Shown here one piece after another: positions 19,515-27,287 of a DNA stretch of 64,000 bases. A program made the translations under genes and the position numbers. This stretch comes from an uncultured OM182 clade bacterium (GTDB taxonomy: Bacteria; Pseudomonadota; Gammaproteobacteria; Pseudomonadales; Azotimanducaceae). The stretch lies in assembly GCA_905182025.1 (NCBI GenBank), contig CAJJAA010000017.1, positions 6,672 to 70,671 on the forward strand, written 5' to 3'. The notes under the pieces are model-generated. The model was given only the letters and a program-made list of their open reading frames with translations, ran no database searches and had not been told where the DNA came from. Position 1 is the first letter of the stretch. Each line of letters starts with the position of its first letter.

Positions 19515-20418
19515 CATGGACGAACAAATTGACACACGTTGTGGATATGTCGCTATTGTCGGCAGGCCGAACGTTGGCAAGTCAACGCTGCTGAATTACA
19601 TTTTGGGACAAAAGTTAAGCATCACTTCCAAAAAGCCTCAAACTACGCGGCATCAATTACTCGGCATCAAAACATCTGAGAAAGAACAAGTCCTCTATGT
19701 TGATACGCCCGGAATACATGGTAAGGAAAATAAAGCCATCAATCGGTATATGAACAAGAGTGCGAAGAGCATTGTAAAGGATGTCGATGTTGTCATTTTT
19801 GTCACCGATCGAACAGACTGGCAAGATGATGACGAAATTACTGCTGAGAGCTTACGTAACGCGCCGGGGCAAATAATCATCGCAATCAATAAGATTGACC
19901 TTCTAAAGGATAAAGAACGACTTTTACCAAAATTGAAGGAATTATCTGACAGGTTTCCCGATGCGGTTGTTATACCTATTTCTGCAGAAAAGGGCGATAA
20001 CCTAGAGCAGCTTGAGTTGCTCGTGTCCGAGCGACTTCCCTATGGACAATTTCTTTTCTCGGATGATCAGTTGACCGACCGGTCTATGAGATTCTTAGTT
20101 TCTGAAATTATTCGTGAAAAAATCATGCGCCAACTAGGCGAAGAAGTACCCTACGCAGCGACGATTCAAATTGAAAGTTTCAAGCAGGAGCGTAAAACCA
20201 CCCATGTAGACGCAACAGTGTTTGTTGAACGGGATGGTCAAAAAGCAATTTTGATTGGCAAACAAGGCGCCAAACTGAAGCGGATCGGCACAGATGCTCG
20301 CCATGATATTGAATCACTTATTGACGGCAAGGTTATGCTGCGTCTGTGGGTAAAGACCCGTACAGGTTGGAGTGATGATGAACGGGCGTTGAAGAGTCTT
20401 GGGTATGACGACATTTAG
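19504..20418 (+). CDS. era: GTPase Era
   Basis: G1 motif GRPNVGKST, DTPG and NKID boxes, and a C-terminal KH domain. The start is ATG 19504 or 19516; the ORF-track start at 19492 is less likely. Confidence 0.95.
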   Translation: MNINMDEQIDTRCGYVAIVGRPNVGKSTLLNYILGQKLSITSKKPQTTRHQLLGIKTSEKEQVLYVDTPGIHGKENKAINRYMNKSAKSIVKDVDVVIFVTDRTDWQDDDEITAESLRNAPGQIIIAINKIDLLKDKERLLPKLKELSDRFPDAVVIPISAEKGDNLEQLELLVSERLPYGQFLFSDDQLTDRSMRFLVSEIIREKIMRQLGEEVPYAATIQIESFKQERKTTHVDATVFVERDGQKAILIGKQGAKLKRIGTDARHDIESLIDGKVMLRLWVKTRTGWSDDERALKSLGYDDI

Positions 20419-21181
20419 TCAAAACGCCGAACTAACGCCAGCCTATATATTACATACACGAAAATATGGCGATTCGAGCCTTATTGCTGAATTTCTAACG
20501 GAAAAAAATGGGCGCATATCTGGCGTTATTCGTGGTGCACGCAGCAAGAAGCAAAGTGGCACTGTGCAAGCTTTTACGCCGTTGCTTATTTCATTCATCG
20601 GTAACGGTGATCTTAAAACCATAACAAAAATTGACGCTGGTAATATTTCACATATCGTCGGTGATGAACTCCTTGTCGGGTTTTACGCGAATGAGCTTCT
20701 GGTGAGGCTATTGGCGAAATTCGAACCGATGCGGTCTGTTTTTTCTGCTTATCAAAATCTACTGCTTCAACTTGTTTCCGGAACCAACGTTGAGCCCTGC
20801 TTAAGAGTCTTTGAAATGACCTTATTGTCAGAGCTTGGCTACGGTATATCCTTTGATGTTGAGGCGCAGTCTGGCGAGCCAATTGATGAAAATGCGTTTT
20901 ATCGATTTGGGCTTAATCAAGGCTTTTACCGTTTGGCCAAACAAGCGTCGGGCAGGAATTTTCAGGGTAAATACTTACTCGGCATTAGCGAAGGAAATTT
21001 CGCTGAGCCAATGGTAAACACTTATGCAAAATTCATTATACGTGATTGCCTTGATCACCTGTTAGGCGGCAGGCCGTTGAAAAGTCGTGAGCTTTTCAAA
21101 CTCTACAGGTCTGCGGCAAGTGAGGATGTTAAGGCTAAAGTTGAGAGTAAGGTCGAGGATGAGGATGAGGATGCGCAGTAG
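20405..21181 (+). CDS. recO: DNA repair protein RecO (with an acidic EDEDED C-terminal tail)
   Basis: RecO N-terminal OB region (PAYILHTRKYGDSS) in the position after era. ATG 20405 overlaps the era stop by 14 nt. Confidence 0.9.
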   Translation: MTTFSQNAELTPAYILHTRKYGDSSLIAEFLTEKNGRISGVIRGARSKKQSGTVQAFTPLLISFIGNGDLKTITKIDAGNISHIVGDELLVGFYANELLVRLLAKFEPMRSVFSAYQNLLLQLVSGTNVEPCLRVFEMTLLSELGYGISFDVEAQSGEPIDENAFYRFGLNQGFYRLAKQASGRNFQGKYLLGISEGNFAEPMVNTYAKFIIRDCLDHLLGGRPLKSRELFKLYRSAASEDVKAKVESKVEDEDEDAQ

Positions 21182-21289
21182 ATGCAGGCCAGCAAGGGTG
21201 TTTGCTGCTCTATTGAGTAATTATAGCGAACGTTGAATTCGTTTTCTCAAGCCACTTTAGGGGTTCCTGCGAGTTGAGCTGCAGAGAGA

Positions 21290-21730
21290 ATGACGACAGG
21301 ACAGAGGGGCTGGAGTAAAACTAAAATAATGAATTTCTTAGATGCAGATTTGAACAAGTTAGCTGAAATGTCCAAAAGTGATCAGGGTGAAGTGGTGGTG
21401 ATGCTAAACCTTTTGAAATATCGGGACGTTGCTGAGTTGGGTTATGGGGTAGATGGGCTATCCGGTGAGCAGGCGTACCGTGTTTACGGAGAGAAATTCG
21501 CTGGCTTGCATGCGAGATTTGGTGGCGAGCCAATCTGGATGGGTAAGACGCACAACACCATTATCGGCAGTGAAGAGTGGGACATCGCAATTATGGTGCG
21601 GTATCCCACGCGGAAGCAATTCGTTGAGATGTTTGAAGATCCAGACTATCTTCACATAGCGCCAATAAGAGCTGCTGCACTGCAAGATAGCCGGCTAGTG
21701 GAAATGAGCCAGCTTTTACCCAAAACCTAG
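21290..21730 (+). CDS. DUF1330-like protein
   Basis: The (V)VMLNLLKY.. start and IAIMVRYPTRKQFVEMFEDPDY block resemble DUF1330. The true start may be ATG 21329. Confidence 0.6.
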   Translation: MTTGQRGWSKTKIMNFLDADLNKLAEMSKSDQGEVVVMLNLLKYRDVAELGYGVDGLSGEQAYRVYGEKFAGLHARFGGEPIWMGKTHNTIIGSEEWDIAIMVRYPTRKQFVEMFEDPDYLHIAPIRAAALQDSRLVEMSQLLPKT

Positions 21731-21960
21731 CGGCTCATCTGGTGGGAGTATTGGAGGCTGGCCCAGTCTGGCTGCGGCTTAAGCCGACTTAAGGTAAGCC
21801 GTTAGTCCAATTCCGATTTTGTGTTATTTTAATGTTTCTCATGCGCCTTTGCTAAGTCGCTGCCGCACTAAATTTTGCCTAATTGCATAATAACTACCTA
21901 TTTAGGTGATTCACCGTCTATAGTTAGAGTGTCATTGTAATGGTTGAGTAGCGACCTCGG

Positions 21961-22572
21961 ATGAGCACCAGAATGGATTCTAACGATCAGAAAGATGCGG
22001 TGAGTGAAGATGACAGTATCGACTCAACCAAACTTGTGGAAGCGATAGGTAGTGGTCAGGTCCACTTAGAGGCTGAATTTGTTAAACGTTATCGCGAAGG
22101 TGTGCGACGCATTCTTGAGCGACTTAGCGGTGACCATGGCCGCGCGGAAGATTTGACCCATGATGTGCTCATCATCCTGTTACGAAAATTACGCAGCCGC
22201 AGCCTCAGGGACCCAACTAAACTGTCGAGTTATGTCTTTCAAACCGCGCGCTTTGTCTATTTTGGTTGGCTAAGAAAATCTGACAGTCAACTCGAGTATC
22301 GACATCAAGTTGATGACTTTGGCGACCAGGCACAGGGAATGGAAGAAGTGTTGCTACGATCTGAGGCGTCGGAACTGCTGTCGCAGAGTATTCGTCGTCT
22401 TCCGGTCGAGCGAGATCAGGAAATTCTTTTACGGCACTACCTTGTTGAACAAACAAAAAACGAGATCTGTGAAGTTTTGTTGTTAAACAGCGCCCAATAT
22501 AATCGGGTCCTCAGTCGAGCGAGGAGCAGATTGAAGTCTTGTCTGGTCGATGGATTGGCGCGTTCGAGCTAA
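21961..22572 (+). CDS. ECF-type RNA polymerase sigma factor
   Basis: Region 2 (RAEDLTHDVLIILLRKL ... YVFQTARFVYFGWLRK) and a region 4 HTH (TKNEICEVLLLNSAQYNRVLSRARSRL). An acidic N-terminal extension of about 40 aa is present. Confidence 0.8.
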   Translation: MSTRMDSNDQKDAVSEDDSIDSTKLVEAIGSGQVHLEAEFVKRYREGVRRILERLSGDHGRAEDLTHDVLIILLRKLRSRSLRDPTKLSSYVFQTARFVYFGWLRKSDSQLEYRHQVDDFGDQAQGMEEVLLRSEASELLSQSIRRLPVERDQEILLRHYLVEQTKNEICEVLLLNSAQYNRVLSRARSRLKSCLVDGLARSS

Positions 22573-22615
22573 AGATAGGCACTTGCGTGAGTCTCGATGC
22601 AACGGCGCGACTTGT

Positions 22616-24916
22616 TTATAGTTGATTAAGTGTAAAGTGTCCTGCGTGACTCTTATACCAAGTATTTAGCGCTTCAAACTCTTTTTCTAATTGCTCTACG
22701 CCTTTTTCGACTTTTCGTGAGTCGATCGGCGCTTGTCCCACTGCAATCGGTTCTCTAATTAACTCGGCTAAGTGAAGTACCGCTTGTGTCACGCCGGGTA
22801 CCGCACAATACCGCAGCGCGCCGATCATTTTGTGCAGTCTTGTCTTAAGTTCTTTGATGTCCCTGTCGGCAAGGTATTTTCTGATGATCAGAATATCCTC
22901 GGGTAAGGTATCCATCAAAATCTGCAGCAAGTCTCTTGCCAGCTCAATGTTGTCGTTAGCGCGATTTAACGCCAAGGTGCGGTCAAAGATTTTTAAATCG
23001 ACACTGTCATTAAGCGAAAGAGGCGCGTGCCCAACATTATTCGATTGCTTATGTTGATGACAGAATATACTTGCCAATTGCCTTATGCTAACGGGCTTCG
23101 ATATTAGCTGTGATAGGCCGGACTTTAAAATTGCAGTTGAGGCTCGCGCGGGCGTTTCAGCGGTGACACAGTAAATGCGACCGTCATAACCCTGGTCTCT
23201 TACGGTGCGTGAGAAACCTGCGCCGCTCATGCCAGGCATTTGCAAGTCAGTGAATATGACGTCGGGTTGGTGTGTTCTGACGAGCTCTATGGCTTCTGCT
23301 GGCGTACCTGATTCGATCACTCTGTGACCGAGTGTCAGAATAAGTTCACTTAAAATCTTTCTATTTTGCGCGGAATCATCGAGCACCAGCGCCTGTTGCT
23401 GGTGCTCGGGCTTCGATTGTAGTTTAAGAAGGTACAACAAGTCTGATTGATAGATAGGGTATGTGAGACGATGCCAGTGCTTTTTTTGATAGGCAAGATC
23501 ATGCTCTAAAAGATAGACGGTTGTTTTGTGGTGCAGTCTCGCTAGGGCATTTTGAATATCATCAGACTGTCGATGCAGGATAAACGCCACCTCTGCTTTG
23601 GAAGGATCCTGGGACACTTTCATGCCGACATTTTTTAACCTGCTTGACAGGCTTGCATACTGTTTTTGATCACTGCAGAAAATCCTGTAACTAAGGTGAT
23701 GGGTTACCAACGGATTGCTTCTCGTAGATGCCAGTGCAGGTATGGCAAGCACTTTGCCATCGAGACGTGCCCTGCATGCATTGAGTAATTTACGCAGCTC
23801 AGGTGTGTCCTCAATGCGGCTGTTGTCATCGAGCTCAAATAAAATCCATCGACTTTTCATCCGAATTTTTAGTGATATCTGTGTAGGTTCTTCTGAGGGA
23901 AATCCCTTGTCTGATGATTGGCTAATTGGATAGGGTGTCGTAGCAAATGATAAGCCTTGCTGGGACATTGCAAAGCGGTGTTTTTTCGAGTGAATCAGCA
24001 GAGTGTGAAACAGTAATTGCCTAATTTGCATCTCGCAGGCGATCGGTTGAAAACGGCAGGATTGGTCAAAGATAGGCACAAGTTCTCTGTCGAGTTGGTC
24101 AAGGATAGGTGACATGAGTGAAATCACACTATCAACAAGTTGATGTAAATCAATTTGGCTGACTTTCAGTTGGGCTGATTCGTTGATAGCCGAAATGTAG
24201 GGTTGCTGTCGATATCGGTTATCTGAAGCACAAATTTGACCGACTAAAAATTGTAGGTTGTCTGTACCACGCATGAGTTCGACCCGACATTTTTGCGCCT
24301 GTGCAGAAGAGGGTTGTTGCATCAGGCTACGTGTATTATTGATCGTTGTTTGCAGAGGGTATTGGGTCAAGCGTGCAAGTGTTTGGTAGTGGTTTTCTGT
24401 GATATCTGATTGTTTCTGTAGATAGAGCACATCGTTTGATAGAGCCCGAATACGTTCTTCGAGGACGTTTTTTTCCTCTATGAAAGCGCATTGCAGCGCT
24501 ATTGTAGCGACGGAACTTTCTTGTAGGTCCTCGTTCAAGGCGCTTTCTCTGTTGTTTAGTTTGACTAGCAGACTTTGAAAGATGGAGCATTCACTGTATA
24601 TATGCTGCGTTAGTTTTTTTTCCGGTTCCTCTAATCGCTGGTTTAATTCAAGAATTGGCTCGACGATTTTTTTCTTGATATAAAAATTGATTAGCCAACC
24701 CCAAGTGATCAAAATCAGCAGCGCAAGAGCGCTCGAGGATATCGGCTGAAGGGGCAAGGGGTAACTTGTTACATCAAGCCAAAGCGCGCAGGGCAAAAGT
24801 AGAATCGGAAACAGGGTGTAAAGGTACACTCTAGTTTGAATCATCCGCATGGTAATTCCCTGCATTTTGATCATCGATAATAAAATATAGTGAGATATTG
24901 AGACGATTCCTCTCAT
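22616..24916 (-). CDS. gacS: BarA/GacS-family unorthodox sensor (2 TM, coiled coil, DHp-like, CA-like, REC, HPt) with an apparently degenerate kinase core
   Basis: The C-terminal block LALNRANDNIELARDLLQILMDTLPED...LHKMIGALRYCAVPG parallels E. coli BarA [27 protein letters not shown]...IHKLHGSCGYSGVP. The receiver is intact (LVLDD, FTDLQMPGMSG, VTAET, SKP). The gene is divergent from cysM-rlmD-relA, the known gacS/barA neighbourhood. Confidence 0.65.
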   Translation of the reverse strand: MRGIVSISHYILLSMIKMQGITMRMIQTRVYLYTLFPILLLPCALWLDVTSYPLPLQPISSSALALLILITWGWLINFYIKKKIVEPILELNQRLEEPEKKLTQHIYSECSIFQSLLVKLNNRESALNEDLQESSVATIALQCAFIEEKNVLEERIRALSNDVLYLQKQSDITENHYQTLARLTQYPLQTTINNTRSLMQQPSSAQAQKCRVELMRGTDNLQFLVGQICASDNRYRQQPYISAINESAQLKVSQIDLHQLVDSVISLMSPILDQLDRELVPIFDQSCRFQPIACEMQIRQLLFHTLLIHSKKHRFAMSQQGLSFATTPYPISQSSDKGFPSEEPTQISLKIRMKSRWILFELDDNSRIEDTPELRKLLNACRARLDGKVLAIPALASTRSNPLVTHHLSYRIFCSDQKQYASLSSRLKNVGMKVSQDPSKAEVAFILHRQSDDIQNALARLHHKTTVYLLEHDLAYQKKHWHRLTYPIYQSDLLYLLKLQSKPEHQQQALVLDDSAQNRKILSELILTLGHRVIESGTPAEAIELVRTHQPDVIFTDLQMPGMSGAGFSRTVRDQGYDGRIYCVTAETPARASTAILKSGLSQLISKPVSIRQLASIFCHQHKQSNNVGHAPLSLNDSVDLKIFDRTLALNRANDNIELARDLLQILMDTLPEDILIIRKYLADRDIKELKTRLHKMIGALRYCAVPGVTQAVLHLAELIREPIAVGQAPIDSRKVEKGVEQLEKEFEALNTWYKSHAGHFTLNQL

Positions 24917-25047
24917 TTAGTCTCTGATTTGATGTGCTGCTATATTCCCCAAGTGAATTTAGTTAGATTAAGCAGATATTATCTGTATGGTTTTTGATCT
25001 TTTATTATCCATTCACAGCTATTTTGAAAATGGACGTTAACGACTCA

Positions 25048-25947
25048 ATGAGTGAATTCAATACAATCGAGGCTTGCATCGGGGAAACCCCGTTGGTGCG
25101 ACTGCAGCGTCTTACGGGCGACAGTAGTAATACGATATTGGTAAAGCTTGAGGGAAATAACCCGGCCGGCTCAGTCAAGGATCGACCAGCGATGAGCATG
25201 ATCGCAAGTGCCGAGGCTCGCGGCGAAATCAGCCCAGGCGACACCCTGATTGAAGCAACCAGCGGCAATACGGGTATAGCCCTAGCGATGGCGGCTGCAA
25301 TCAAGGGCTATCGTATGGTGTTGATCATGCCGGCTCATATGAGTGCAGAACGTAAAAGCGCTATGGCGGCTTATGGCGCGGAGTTGATCCTAGTAACGCA
25401 GCAAGAGGGTATGGAAGGCGCGCGAGACTTAGCTGAGGCAATGCAGCGCCGGGGTGAAGGTATCGTTCTTGACCAATTTGCGAACCCTGACAACCCTGCA
25501 GCTCATTATCGAGGTACAGGTCCTGAAATCATGCGCCAGAGTTTTGGCAAGGTTACTCACTTTGTCAGTTCCATGGGGACCACAGGGACGATTATGGGTG
25601 TCTCGAAATATCTCAAGGAAGTGAAGCCAGAAGTTGAAATTGTTGGTCTTCAGCCAGTTGAGGGCAGTGCAATACCCGGTATACGTCGATGGCCGAAGGC
25701 TTATCTTCCTAAAATATATGACGACCAGCGGGTTGATCGCATTATTGATATGGATCAAGCGACCGCAGAGGAGACGATGCGGCAACTTGCGCGAGTTGAA
25801 GGGATATTTTGCGGCGTGTCATCTGGCGGTTCGGTGGCGGCGGCACTTCTATTGAGTCAACAGGTCGAAAATGCTGTCATTGTGGCAATAGTTTGCGACC
25901 GTGGTGATCGTTATCTTTCTACTGGCGTGTTTGGTCCAGATCAGTAA
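25048..25947 (+). CDS. cysM: cysteine synthase B
   Basis: PLP-enzyme motifs IGETPLVRLQRL and NPAGSVKDRPA. About 300 aa from ATG 25048. Confidence 0.85.
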   Translation: MSEFNTIEACIGETPLVRLQRLTGDSSNTILVKLEGNNPAGSVKDRPAMSMIASAEARGEISPGDTLIEATSGNTGIALAMAAAIKGYRMVLIMPAHMSAERKSAMAAYGAELILVTQQEGMEGARDLAEAMQRRGEGIVLDQFANPDNPAAHYRGTGPEIMRQSFGKVTHFVSSMGTTGTIMGVSKYLKEVKPEVEIVGLQPVEGSAIPGIRRWPKAYLPKIYDDQRVDRIIDMDQATAEETMRQLARVEGIFCGVSSGGSVAAALLLSQQVENAVIVAIVCDRGDRYLSTGVFGPDQ

Positions 25948-25979
25948 ACTACGCGCTTCCCATGGCTTCAGGAAGATGA

Positions 25980-27272
25980 GTGAAGAAGCGTTTTGAACCA
26001 GTCAATACCAAAATAGTCGGTCTTCACAAAGACGGTTACGGCATCACCGAAGATCCGAAACTCTGCGTGCACGGTGCGCTCGCCGGTGAGGAAGTCACGG
26101 CTTTACCTTTCACGCGAAAGAAACAAAAAATCTTTGCGAAAACCACGGCAGTACTCGAAGCCTCGGTTGATAGGTGTGTGCCAATGTGTCCCGTTGCGGC
26201 TGATTGTGGCGGATGCAGTCTTCAGCACTACGACCCTCAAGCTCAAATTGAACATAAGCAGACCTTTCTCGTTGATACACTGGCGGATACTCAGCCAGCG
26301 AGCTACTTTCCTCCCCTTACAGGTCCCGTCAGCCATTACCGTGCAAAAGGCAGACTGGGTGTTAAATACGTTGATAAAAAGGAGCGGGTGTTAGTCGGGT
26401 TTAGGGAAAAACTAAAACCCTACATCACGGAAACGACTAACTGCTTCGTCTTAAGAAAACCCGTGTCTGACTTGTTGGAACCCTTGGCGAGATTGATAGA
26501 GAGCTTAAGTGACCCACGTACCTTGCCTCAAATCGAAGTTGCCATAGGAGATGCGAACGCAGCTTTGGTATTCCGACATCTCAATGAGTTGGACGACAAC
26601 GACCTTGAGCGCCTGAAGGCTTTCGGGGCTGCGCATGAGCTGCATGTTTATTTACAGCCAGGCAATCTAGAGACCGTTCACAAGCTATGGCCTGCAGATG
26701 GCATTGAAAGGCTTCAGTACGCGTTGCCGGATTTTGATCTAACATTTGATTTCCACCCGATGGACTTCACGCAAATAAATCCAGAGATTAATCGAAAGAT
26801 GGTGGCCAAGGCCATCGAGTATTTGGATGTAAACGATGCTGATTGCGTCTTCGATGCGTTTTGTGGCATTGGTAATTTCAGCTTGGCAATGGCTCGGCGG
26901 GCAAAGCATGTCATTGGTATTGAAGCATCGATTCCGAGTGTTGAGCGCGCAAAGTCAAATGCGGTCAAAAACTCGCTCCATAATACCGAATTTTATGTGG
27001 CCGACCTGTTCGCCGAAGGCCCTGATATGCCTGCTTTACAGCAGGCTAACAAGGTGCTGCTTGACCCGCCCAGAAGTGGCGCATTTGAGGTCTGTAAAAA
27101 ACTTGCAAGCAGTAAGGTTGAAAGGGTAGTGTACGTCTCCTGCAACCCTGAGACGTTAGCGAGAGACGCTGAAATTCTGGTTGCGGGTGGGTATCAATTC
27201 GACGGTGCAGGTGTGATTGATATGTTTCCCCATACGACACATGTCGAGTCTATTGCCTGCTTCTCTAAGTAG
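25980..27272 (+). CDS. rlmD: 23S rRNA (uracil1939-C5)-methyltransferase
   Basis: N-terminal TRAM region, an Fe-S Cys cluster (CPVAADCGGCSLQH), a SAM methyltransferase core (FCGIGNFS) and the catalytic VSCNP. Confidence 0.85.
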   Translation: MKKRFEPVNTKIVGLHKDGYGITEDPKLCVHGALAGEEVTALPFTRKKQKIFAKTTAVLEASVDRCVPMCPVAADCGGCSLQHYDPQAQIEHKQTFLVDTLADTQPASYFPPLTGPVSHYRAKGRLGVKYVDKKERVLVGFREKLKPYITETTNCFVLRKPVSDLLEPLARLIESLSDPRTLPQIEVAIGDANAALVFRHLNELDDNDLERLKAFGAAHELHVYLQPGNLETVHKLWPADGIERLQYALPDFDLTFDFHPMDFTQINPEINRKMVAKAIEYLDVNDADCVFDAFCGIGNFSLAMARRAKHVIGIEASIPSVERAKSNAVKNSLHNTEFYVADLFAEGPDMPALQQANKVLLDPPRSGAFEVCKKLASSKVERVVYVSCNPETLARDAEILVAGGYQFDGAGVIDMFPHTTHVESIACFSK

Positions 27273-27287
27273 TCCGATCATCTTTCT

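Noticed and set aside
21775-21786. A perfect 12-bp palindrome, CGGCTTAAGCCG, downstream of the DUF1330 gene.
   Set aside because: It is too short and isolated to assign a function. It has no T-tract to make it a terminator and no second copy in the window.
21880-21960. A possible ECF-type autoregulatory promoter (an AAC ... CGTCT arrangement) upstream of the ECF sigma gene.
   Set aside because: The spacing between the only AAC and CGTC elements is about 18-20 nt, and the -35 context is poor. I could not support it by eye.
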